A DNA stretch of 64,000 bases from contig JAEEOO010000011.1 in the NCBI GenBank assembly GCA_016284315.1, positions 34,106 through 98,105 of the forward strand, given 5' to 3'. The notes under the pieces were generated by a model. The model was not told the origin of the DNA. It saw only the letters and a program-made list of their open reading frames with translations, and ran no database searches. How positions within the stretch are numbered: the stretch's first letter is position 1; every line of letters starts with the position of its first letter. The position numbers and the translations under genes were made by a program. Positions 31,805 through 40,401 of this stretch are shown here, in pieces. The DNA is from Lachnospiraceae bacterium. Lineage in GTDB: Bacteria > Bacillota > Clostridia > Lachnospirales > Lachnospiraceae.

Positions 31805-32923
31805 TTATATTGTATACCGCTCGTTCCTCTCGACGACTATCTTTACCCCATTGTCGCCCTTGTAGTAGGAACCTGCCTTGATCGTGCTATGACTCTCAAT
31901 GATACAGTTTTCAATTGTCACGTTATCTGCAATGTATACGTCGTTAAGAATGATTGAATTCTTGATGGTCGTATTGTTGCCTATATAGCTCTTTTTGAAG
32001 ATAACCGAATCTTCAATTACACCGTTTATGATGCATCCGCTGGATACAAGGCTGTTGCTGATGTCTGCACCGGGATTATACTTCGCAGGCGGCAAATCGT
32101 CAACCTTTGAATAAATATCCGGGTGTGAGCGGAAGAAATAATCTCTTACTTCTTTCTTTAGGAAATCCATGTTGGTGTTGAAGTAGTCATCAACTGCCGC
32201 AATATTTCTCCAGTACTCAGTGGTCTTATATCCGTAGATCCTCTTGATATCCTTGTATCTGATAAGAATGTCTCTTACAAAATCATATCTGTCTTCCTGT
32301 GCACTCTTCTCGATCATCTCGATGAGCTGACGTCTTCTGATAACATATACGCCGCAGGATACGATATTTGATTTTGCCTGAAGAGGTTTCTCCTCGAATT
32401 CTTCGATTCGATTATCCTCATTCATGGTGATGGTACCGTATCTTTCGATTGCGGAACCTTCGGGAATATCGGAGCAGACAACGGTTATATCTGCTTTCTT
32501 GTCTATATGGTACTCAAGAACTTTATTGAAGTCCATCTTATATACGCAATCACCATTGGCTATTACGACATAAGGCTCATGGCTCTTCTTTAAAAAGCTA
32601 AGGTTCTGGTAGATGGCATCTGCAGTTCCGCGATACCAGTTGCTGTTCTCAGCGGTAACTGCAGGAGTAAGTACATAAAGTCCGCCCTGCTTACGTCCGA
32701 AGTCCCACCACTTTGATGAATTAAGGTGTTCATTAAGGCTTCCTGCATTGTACTGTGTAAGTACTGCAACCTTCTGAATATGGGAGTTGGACATATTACT
32801 TAATGTAAAGTCGATGCTTCTGTAACTTCCGGCAATAGGCATTGCGCATACGGCTCTCTTCTGTGAAAGAACATCCATGCGGTGATTGCTTCCACCGGCT
32901 AAAATAATTCCGATTGCTCTCAT
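31805..32923 (-). CDS. glgD: Glucose-1-phosphate adenylyltransferase subunit GlgD
   Basis: AGSYRSIDFTLSNM, WYRGTADA; follows glgC; degenerate GxGxRL loop. Confidence 0.92.
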   Translation of the reverse strand: MRAIGIILAGGSNHRMDVLSQKRAVCAMPIAGSYRSIDFTLSNMSNSHIQKVAVLTQYNAGSLNEHLNSSKWWDFGRKQGGLYVLTPAVTAENSNWYRGTADAIYQNLSFLKKSHEPYVVIANGDCVYKMDFNKVLEYHIDKKADITVVCSDIPEGSAIERYGTITMNEDNRIEEFEEKPLQAKSNIVSCGVYVIRRRQLIEMIEKSAQEDRYDFVRDILIRYKDIKRIYGYKTTEYWRNIAAVDDYFNTNMDFLKKEVRDYFFRSHPDIYSKVDDLPPAKYNPGADISNSLVSSGCIINGVIEDSVIFKKSYIGNNTTIKNSIILNDVYIADNVTIENCIIESHSTIKAGSYYKGDNGVKIVVERNERYTI

Positions 32924-32925
32924 TC

Positions 32926-34194
32926 TTAATCACCTACCTTAATCAATGTTTTTCCGCTGGGAAGATTTCCGTTCGGGTAATCCGCCGCTGTGGTTTCGCC
33001 GAATACAACGGAATTCTTTCCGACAGAAACGCCGTCAGGAATTATACTCCGCTCTCCGACAGTGACTAATCCGTGATTATAAATATGAGGAGCAGTATCG
33101 TTTTCTGCTTCTTCACCGACACCAAGCTTTACATTGTTTCCAATGGTGGTATCCTCTGCAACAATTGCTTTGTAGAGTTCACATCCCTCACCAATCTGAG
33201 TCTGGTTCATAATGATGGAATCCCTAACCACCGAACCCTTGCCAATGGTTACACCGCATCCGATAACTGAGTTGTAAACTTCTCCGTATATTTCGGAGCC
33301 TTCACCGATGATGCTCTTGTCAACCTTACTCTCCTTAGAGAAGTACTGAGGAGGCTGGATTTCTGACTTAGTGTAAATCTTCCAGTACTCTTCGTAAAGA
33401 TTAAACTCAGGTACGATATCGATAAGCTCCATATTGGCTTCCCAATATGAGCTTAATGTTCCTACATCCTTCCAATATCCGTTGAACTCGTAAGCATAAA
33501 GAAGTTTTCCTTTTTCGTGGCAATAAGGAATTACATGCTTACCGAAGTCAAGGTTGGGCTGATCCTTAAGGGCTGTGAAAGCAGCCTTAAGAGTCTTCCA
33601 GGTAAAGATATAAATACCCATACTTGCAAGGTTGCTGCGGGGATGAGCAGGCTTCTCTTCGAAGTCGGTAATGCGCTTGTTTTCATCCGCAATCATGATA
33701 CCGAAACGGCTTGCCTCTTCCATGGGAACGGGCATAACCGCGATGGTAACATCGGCTTTGTTTGCCTTGTGGAAGTCAAGCATTACCTCGTAGTCCATCT
33801 TGTAAATATGGTCACCGGAAAGTATAAGGACATACTCCGGGTTAAAGCTCTCCATATATTCGATGTTCTGGTAAATGGCATTGGCTGTACCGGTATACCA
33901 TTCACTGTTCTCACTTTTTTCGTAAGGGGGAAGAACGCTTACGCCTCCGATATTTCGGTCAAGGTCCCAAGGAATTCCGATTCCGATATGGGTATTAAGG
34001 CGAAGCGGTTGATACTGCGTAAGGACACCGACTGTGTCTACGCCGGAATTAATACAACTAGAAAGCGGGAAATCGATGATACGGTATTTTCCGCCGAAAG
34101 CAACTGCAGGTTTTGCCATTTTAGAAGTCAAAACGCCGAGACGGCTGCCCTGTCCGCCAGCTAAAAGCATGGCGATCATTTCCTTTCTAACCAT
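32926..34194 (-). CDS. glgC: Glucose-1-phosphate adenylyltransferase
   Basis: [42 protein letters not shown]. Confidence 0.96.
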   Translation of the reverse strand: MVRKEMIAMLLAGGQGSRLGVLTSKMAKPAVAFGGKYRIIDFPLSSCINSGVDTVGVLTQYQPLRLNTHIGIGIPWDLDRNIGGVSVLPPYEKSENSEWYTGTANAIYQNIEYMESFNPEYVLILSGDHIYKMDYEVMLDFHKANKADVTIAVMPVPMEEASRFGIMIADENKRITDFEEKPAHPRSNLASMGIYIFTWKTLKAAFTALKDQPNLDFGKHVIPYCHEKGKLLYAYEFNGYWKDVGTLSSYWEANMELIDIVPEFNLYEEYWKIYTKSEIQPPQYFSKESKVDKSIIGEGSEIYGEVYNSVIGCGVTIGKGSVVRDSIIMNQTQIGEGCELYKAIVAEDTTIGNNVKLGVGEEAENDTAPHIYNHGLVTVGERSIIPDGVSVGKNSVVFGETTAADYPNGNLPSGKTLIKVGD

Positions 34195-34422
34195 ACACCC
34201 TCCAGCCCGCAGGTTCGATTAGTAATTCGCCCCACGAGAGCTCATATAAAATACATAGGTTATTATAGCACCATTTGAGGATGTTTGGAATAATTTACAC
34301 AAAACCTTTGAATTTTTGTGAATAATCTATCTAATTTATACAATTTTTCGCCATAATGCCTAATAAAATCCGAAAATATGCCCATTTCAGAACAGAATAT
34401 TACAAGTTTATATGTCAAACTG

Positions 34423-34998
34423 TTACCACTTTATTACTTTTCTCAAGGTTTTTCCAAGTGCAAAAGCAAGGACTAGTTTAGCGGTATCAGGCAGGATAAA
34501 GGGGAATATACACCAGCCCAAAACCGTCATAAGAGATACAGCGCCCTTGGTCTTTACGTAGACAACCATAAACCATGCTGTTCCGAAAGCATAGCAGACA
34601 AGGAGTCCAAGAACAAAAGCGACGATCTCTGCCCAGAGTTTTCTTCCAAACAAAGCCTCAAAAAGCATAAACACAAGTCCGGAGAATACAAATCCTACAA
34701 TATAACCACCGGTTGTTCCCATAAGGGCTCCGATACCACCTTTGAATCCTGCAAATACAGGGATGCCCACAGCGCCGAGGAGAATATAGATCACAACCGA
34801 AATAGTGCCTTTTTTTCCGCCAAGAAAATAAAGTGAAAAAAATACCGCAAAAGTCTGAAGCGTAAAGGGAACCACCGTGGGGATCGAAATCCAGGAACAA
34901 ACTGCCATAAGGGCAGCGCAAACAGCTATATATGCAAGATCCACCGTCTTGAATTTATTATCTCTTTCATTTTTTACTACTGCATTTTTAGTACTCAT
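34423..34998 (-). CDS. bioY: Biotin transporter BioY
   Basis: VPFTLQTFAV, YILLGAVGIPVFAG, GTTGGYIVGF, PFILPD. Confidence 0.92.
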   Translation of the reverse strand: MSTKNAVVKNERDNKFKTVDLAYIAVCAALMAVCSWISIPTVVPFTLQTFAVFFSLYFLGGKKGTISVVIYILLGAVGIPVFAGFKGGIGALMGTTGGYIVGFVFSGLVFMLFEALFGRKLWAEIVAFVLGLLVCYAFGTAWFMVVYVKTKGAVSLMTVLGWCIFPFILPDTAKLVLAFALGKTLRKVIKW

Positions 34999-35027
34999 TT
35001 TAAAATCTCACTTCCAAATAGTTTTAA

Positions 35028-35126
35028 ATTGTTAACCTTATGCGCATATCAGGTTATCAATCCTTTGAAATATTATCATTGCAATAAAAAATTGTCAACC
35101 AAGTTTACTATTCTTGGTTGACAATT
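35028..35126. promoter_or_regulatory. BirA-like operators upstream of bioY; the distal one doubles as a prs terminator-like hairpin
   Basis: TGTTAAC-N16-GTTATCA (35030-35059) and TGTCAAC-N17-GTTGACA (35093-35123). Confidence 0.65.
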
Positions 35127-35152
35127 CTAAATACGTTTTATTTTGGTTAACT

Positions 35153-36340
35153 TTAGCCGAGCTCACCGTTCTTATATCTTGTAACGATGTTCTGGATTCT
35201 CTCATTGGGATTAAGAAGATCTGAGATTGATGAGTCGTGGTTCAAAGTGTCAATGATGTAAGCAATGTACTTACTCATATCGCAGTTGATGTACCACTCT
35301 CTCTGTAAAAGCTCGGGAGTCTGATAAATAAGGTTGGTGGTAAGGACTCTGGTGATAACACCTTCCTCAAATGCCTTATCAAACTTATCAAGTCCGCTGG
35401 TGAAGAGACCGAAAGTTGAGAATACGAAGATGCGGTTAGCTTTTCTTGCCTTAAGAGCAGCTGCAACTTCAAGTACGCTCTCTCCTGAGGAGATCATATC
35501 ATCGATGATGATCATATCCTTTCCCTCAACATCGCTTCCGAGGAACTCATGAGCGAGGATGGGATTTCTTCCGTCTACAACTCTGGTGTAGTCACGTCTC
35601 TTATAGAACATACCCATATCAAGACCAAGAACGTTGGCAATGTAGATTGCTCTCTTCATTCCGCCTTCATCGGGGCTGATGACCATCATATGCTCTGCAT
35701 CAATGTTAAGTCCCTTGTAGTTCTTAAGAAGGCCCTTGATAAACTGATATGCGGGCTGAACGGTTTCAAATCCGTTAAGAGGAATTGCGTTCTGTACTCT
35801 GGGGTCGTGTGCATCAAAGGTGATGATGTTGTCTACGCCCATCTTAACCATTTCCTGAAGTGCGATAGCGCAGTCAAGAGATTCTCTTGCGGTTCTCTTG
35901 TGCTGACGGCTCTCATAAAGGAAAGGCATGATAACGGTAATTCTTCTTGCCTTACCGCCGACTGCTGCGATAATTCTCTTTAAATCCTGATAGTGATCAT
36001 CGGGAGACATGTGATTCTCATGTCCGCAAAGTGAATATGTCTGGGAATAGTTAAGTACATCTACTAAAAGGAAGAGGTCGGTACCACGAACAGATTCAAG
36101 GATCTGACCTTTAGCTTCACCTGATCCGAATCTGGGAACCTTTGCCTCGAGAAGATATGAATCTCTCTGATATCCGGCGAATGCAAGAGAGCCTTTGTGC
36201 TCACTCTCTCTTTCAGCACGCCACTTTACAAGATATGCGTCAACTTTTTCGCCAAGGTCCTTGCAGCCCTTAAGCGCAATGATTCCGAGTGAACCTACCG
36301 GAATAGTTTCAAGGTTTCTCTTTTCTTCACGATTTGCCAT
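35153..36340 (-). CDS. prs: Ribose-phosphate pyrophosphokinase
   Basis: RFGSGE, MPFLYESRQHK, SPDEGG, IIDDMISSGES. Confidence 0.93.
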   Translation of the reverse strand: MANREEKRNLETIPVGSLGIIALKGCKDLGEKVDAYLVKWRAERESEHKGSLAFAGYQRDSYLLEAKVPRFGSGEAKGQILESVRGTDLFLLVDVLNYSQTYSLCGHENHMSPDDHYQDLKRIIAAVGGKARRITVIMPFLYESRQHKRTARESLDCAIALQEMVKMGVDNIITFDAHDPRVQNAIPLNGFETVQPAYQFIKGLLKNYKGLNIDAEHMMVISPDEGGMKRAIYIANVLGLDMGMFYKRRDYTRVVDGRNPILAHEFLGSDVEGKDMIIIDDMISSGESVLEVAAALKARKANRIFVFSTFGLFTSGLDKFDKAFEEGVITRVLTTNLIYQTPELLQREWYINCDMSKYIAYIIDTLNHDSSISDLLNPNERIQNIVTRYKNGELG

Positions 36341-36452
36341 TTGATTAAAATCTCCTGTAAATACTTACAAAAATAAAAAGTTTATATGCTATCCCGTCCA
36401 CTCATATACCATTATTATGACTAATGCACAGGACATTATATCGAAAATGCGG

Positions 36453-37421
36453 CTACTTGACAAGTGTTCTCATGTCTCTTCCTGTTAAATTTAAGAAGGT
36501 ATAACTGCCTGTAAGCCTCGAAAGCACGCGATCCGAATATTTTTCACGAATATCGGGAAGATCCAGATTTGTAGAAATTATGGTGGACTTCCTTCTCAAA
36601 TGCCTTTCATTGATAAGCCCGAAAAGTGCGGAAGCAACGAAGCTGTTGGTAAGTTCCGTTCCAAGATCGTCGATTATCAGTAGGTCGCACTCATACAGAT
36701 TCTTATTGCTCTCTTCTCTCTCTTCAAAATCGCTGCTGAACTGCTTTTTTGCAAGGATATCAAAAAGAGCTATGGAGCTTAAATAAATGACCGAGTGATA
36801 GGACTCCAAAAGGTCATGGGCGATGCAGCAGGAAAGGAAGCTCTTTCCTGTTCCCACGGTTCCGCAGAGCACAAGATTACTGTACTCCTCATCAAAGTTA
36901 ACAATGAATTTTTTACACACCTCTACAGCGGTGCGAAGCTTGTTAAGATCCTCGCCGCTGTGAAAATCATAGGTCAGTTTGGAGAAATTTTCTTTCTTTA
37001 AAAGGGATCTGATACCGGACTGGTTGTAGAGGATCTCGATCTCTCTTTCCCTGAAGCAATGACACTTCTTCCTGTTGCCTTCGGAATCATAGACATAGCC
37101 TGTGTCCTTGCAATCCTTGCAATCATAAACAGGCTCGAAGTCTTCTTCCGAAAGACCTGAACTTTCAATGAGAGCGACCCTGTTAACGAGAAGCATGGTC
37201 GCCTCGTCTTCAAGTTCTTCAAGTTTTGAAGGATTTGCCCCCTCCATAAGCAGCATAGCCTTTTTTATCTTAAGAGAAACTGCTTTGTTTTCCCATTCTG
37301 CAAGTTCGGGGAACTTAGCATATATCTTCTTCTGCTTTTCTTCCGTGATCCTTGCGTTTCGATTTCTGATCGCGTCATACTCACGCATTATGGAATCATA
37401 CTGTTCGTTTGTAAGAGCCAT
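36453..37421 (-). CDS. DnaC/DnaI-like AAA+ helicase loader
   Basis: CKDCKDTG..CHC Zn motif, GTVGTGKS, LLIIDDLGTE, TIISTNL, RVLSRL. Confidence 0.85.
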   Translation of the reverse strand: MALTNEQYDSIMREYDAIRNRNARITEEKQKKIYAKFPELAEWENKAVSLKIKKAMLLMEGANPSKLEELEDEATMLLVNRVALIESSGLSEEDFEPVYDCKDCKDTGYVYDSEGNRKKCHCFREREIEILYNQSGIRSLLKKENFSKLTYDFHSGEDLNKLRTAVEVCKKFIVNFDEEYSNLVLCGTVGTGKSFLSCCIAHDLLESYHSVIYLSSIALFDILAKKQFSSDFEEREESNKNLYECDLLIIDDLGTELTNSFVASALFGLINERHLRRKSTIISTNLDLPDIREKYSDRVLSRLTGSYTFLNLTGRDMRTLVK

Positions 37422-37443
37422 GAATCAGCTACCTCACCATTGG

Positions 37444-38622
37444 TTAATTTGCAAATACCTTTTTTCTCAGTTCATCGTAATCAATATCGCTCTGCTTATA
37501 ATTGCCAAAGCTTCCTGCGCCGTTCTTTTTAGCAGCAGAAGAATTTCTCAAAGGAGCGCCCCCCTCAAAAGAAGCGCTGGTTGATGCACCGGATCTTTTG
37601 AATTCTTCATCGATCCTTCTTACATCTTCAAGAGAGCGAACGTTCTGCTCTTTCCATTTTGAAAGAATACCGTGAGCGTAGTTAAATCTGTTCTTATCTG
37701 TTGAAAGAACAGCTCTGTCACAAGCTTCCATGATGACTGCATCTGAGAAGCCGTCCTTAAGTCTCCACTCATTGATGAACTCCATCTCTTTAACCGTTGG
37801 TGTTCCGGTCTTGCCAAGACGATTCATGATCTCATAAACAGGTTTATCGTATTTTGTAGTATTGTTTCTTGCCTGGTCAACGGTCTCAACTCCGTTTTCC
37901 TTCCAACCAATGGCTACTTTCTCTGCGTATCTTAAATCCTTTTTGCCCTTCTCAGCACAATACTGAAGAAGGTAATCTACAAGGTCATCGGAAAGGCCAA
38001 GCTCATCGCTGATGTAGCAAAGAGTCTGGATATCGTTCTGGGTAACAGGCTTTCCGAAATACATTTGCGCAAGGAAGATAAGCTGTTTTCCGCCGTCATC
38101 GCTGAATTTTGAAAGCTGCTTGGCAGTGTATGAGGGCTTGATGGGAATTGCACTGATAATGTTTCCTTCATTCTCCGCTTCTTCCTCAGTTGCCTCTTCA
38201 ACCCGATCTGCAGGATCCTCTTCCTTATATTCTTCTTTTATAACTTCTGTCTTCTTGGCAGGAGCCGGAATACTTTCCTTAACCTTCTTGTGAGTAGACT
38301 CAACTGTAGGGCCTGTAACCTCACCCTTGCAAAGGTTTACAAGGTGAATTCCGGTAATGTTTCCTGCCTCATCATTCTCTATAGTAAGAAGACCTTTTTT
38401 CTCCCAGTATTTAAACGCTCTGATAACATCTTTTTCGGTGTGATTGAATCTGTCTGCGATATCACTGAGACTTGTCTCAAGATGCGCATTAAGCATGCGC
38501 ACAAGATAGAGATACACTTTAAGCTGTGCATCATTTGCCTCTGTCATATATTCATCAATAAATCGGTTTGAGATTATTGTTGCACCGATGTAGCTGTCTT
38601 GATATACCGTAAAACCGGACAT
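37444..38622 (-). CDS. DnaD-domain primosomal protein (two DnaD/DnaB_2 repeats)
   Basis: SNRFIDEYM..AQLKVYLYL, YAEKVAIGW and YAHGILSKW repeats; start at ATG 38622. Confidence 0.85.
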   Translation of the reverse strand: MSGFTVYQDSYIGATIISNRFIDEYMTEANDAQLKVYLYLVRMLNAHLETSLSDIADRFNHTEKDVIRAFKYWEKKGLLTIENDEAGNITGIHLVNLCKGEVTGPTVESTHKKVKESIPAPAKKTEVIKEEYKEEDPADRVEEATEEEAENEGNIISAIPIKPSYTAKQLSKFSDDGGKQLIFLAQMYFGKPVTQNDIQTLCYISDELGLSDDLVDYLLQYCAEKGKKDLRYAEKVAIGWKENGVETVDQARNNTTKYDKPVYEIMNRLGKTGTPTVKEMEFINEWRLKDGFSDAVIMEACDRAVLSTDKNRFNYAHGILSKWKEQNVRSLEDVRRIDEEFKRSGASTSASFEGGAPLRNSSAAKKNGAGSFGNYKQSDIDYDELRKKVFAN

Positions 38623-38760
38623 TGAAGTAACCCCCCAAAGAAGTAACGTGACTGAAGATTTGTTTGCCAAATTCGTCCTATATATGTATAGCATACAAAT
38701 CCCAAAAGAAAAATGGACAAAGTGACTAAGGGGTTTTTGAGAGAAATAAATCGGACACCG

Positions 38761-38943
38761 TGTGGATGGTGTGGATATTGTGGAAAACAAGTGACTGTCT
38801 GCTTTTCACTACACAAGAACTTCGGGATATTACTGTTTTTGATACGAAACTCACTCTGAATATAATATCCACAGTAACCAAAAAAATATCCACAAATGAG
38901 GAGTTATATCTAACTCATTCTCACCTGTGGATATTGTGGATTA
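38761..38943. promoter_or_regulatory. Cluster of seven DnaA-box-like 9-mers
   Basis: TGTGGATGG, TGTGGATAT, TGTGGAAAA (38761-38787), ATATCCACA (38865, 38886), TGTGGATAT, TGTGGATTA (38926-38943). Confidence 0.7.
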
Positions 38944-40356
38944 AACCTTACCGGATAACATCATATCACCGATTTTATTGGCTTCGCCGGCTCCCATAGT
39001 TATCACCAGATCACCCTTTGTGCAATTTTCCAAAAGGTATTTTGCAATTTTTTCAAAGTCAGGAATATACTGTGCTTTCGTTCCGATCTTGTTTAATGCA
39101 TCGCATAATCCCTTTGAACTAACACCTAAAGTATCGGTCTCACGGGCAGCATAAATATCAGGCATGATGACCTCATCAGCACCGGAAAGTGCTTCGACGA
39201 ATTCATCAAAGAATGTCTTGGTCCTTGTATAGGTATGGGGCTGGAAGACCACATATAATTTGTTGTATTCGATACGAGCCGCAGAGGTCATAGTTGCTTT
39301 GATCTCTGTGGGATGATGAGCATAATCATCAACGATGGTAAAGCCGTTCATCTCACCCTTGTATTCAAATCTTCTGTCTGCTCCTCTAAAGTTCTCAAGT
39401 CCGGCTTTTGACTTTTCTTCATCTATTCCGAGAGCATCGCTGACTGCAATTGCAGCAAGGCAGTCAACAACGTTATGCTCTCCGGGTACCTTGAGATTCA
39501 TTTCCCTCTTGGTGCCATTGGTTACAACATTAAAGTTTGCGCATCCAAGGCGGTTGTATTTTATATCCTCAGCGCTGTAGTCCGTCTTGTTTCCGTAACA
39601 GTCAACTCCGTTCTTACTGAAGGTGATGAATCTGCACTTCAAACAATCGGTTATCTCGTGATAGTTTTCGATCTCACCGTTTATAACAAGAAGTCCGTTT
39701 TCAGGAAGAAGATGTGCGAATCTTCTGAAAGAATTCCTTATGTCTGCAAGATCCTTAAAGAAGTCAAGATGATCTTCCTCAACATTCATGATGACTCCCA
39801 CAGTAGGGAAGAAATCCAAAAAGCTGTTGGTGTACTCACAGGCCTCGGCTACAAAGTACTCATTTCCGCCGATCCTTGTATTACCGCCCATGGACTTTAA
39901 TACTCCACCGTTATTGATGGTGGGATCAAGTCCTGCCTCAATAAGGACTTCACTGATCATGGATGTTGTGGTGGTCTTGCCGTGGGTTCCGCTGACAGCA
40001 ATGGCTGTATGATAATTTCTCATCATCTGGCCCACAAGCTGACCTCTGTTAATATGATTAAGGCCATATTCCATAACAGCCTTATATTCGGGATTATCAT
40101 GACTGATGGCTGCGGTAAATACTACGCAGTCAATGTCGGGAGTAATGTTCTCGGCCTTCTGACCGTAATAAACAGTGATCCCTTTTTCTTCAAGGCTCTC
40201 GGTGATAGGGCTCTTATCCCTGTCGGAACCAAAAACCTTAAATCCTTCGTTTGCAAGGATCATGGCAAGTCCGCTCATGCTTATGCCACCGATTCCAACA
40301 AAATATATCTTTCCGCCTTTTTTAAAGTCCAACATATATTCTTCATTATTAGACAT
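38941..40356 (-). CDS. murC: UDP-N-acetylmuramate--L-alanine ligase
   Basis: GIGGISMSGLA, GTHGKTTTT, EACEY, DDYAHHPTEI, FQPHTY. Confidence 0.96.
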   Translation of the reverse strand: MSNNEEYMLDFKKGGKIYFVGIGGISMSGLAMILANEGFKVFGSDRDKSPITESLEEKGITVYYGQKAENITPDIDCVVFTAAISHDNPEYKAVMEYGLNHINRGQLVGQMMRNYHTAIAVSGTHGKTTTTSMISEVLIEAGLDPTINNGGVLKSMGGNTRIGGNEYFVAEACEYTNSFLDFFPTVGVIMNVEEDHLDFFKDLADIRNSFRRFAHLLPENGLLVINGEIENYHEITDCLKCRFITFSKNGVDCYGNKTDYSAEDIKYNRLGCANFNVVTNGTKREMNLKVPGEHNVVDCLAAIAVSDALGIDEEKSKAGLENFRGADRRFEYKGEMNGFTIVDDYAHHPTEIKATMTSAARIEYNKLYVVFQPHTYTRTKTFFDEFVEALSGADEVIMPDIYAARETDTLGVSSKGLCDALNKIGTKAQYIPDFEKIAKYLLENCTKGDLVITMGAGEANKIGDMMLSGKV

Positions 40357-40401
40357 ACCGGATTACCTCTTATTCTATTATCTCTTATTCTATTATCTTT
40401 T

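Noticed and set aside
36453-37421. IS21 IstB or prophage replication module
   Set aside because: No transposase, integrase or phage genes; lies with dnaD between murC and prs as core genes
38761-38943. oriC
   Set aside because: No dnaA/dnaN nearby and no change in gene strand bias across the site
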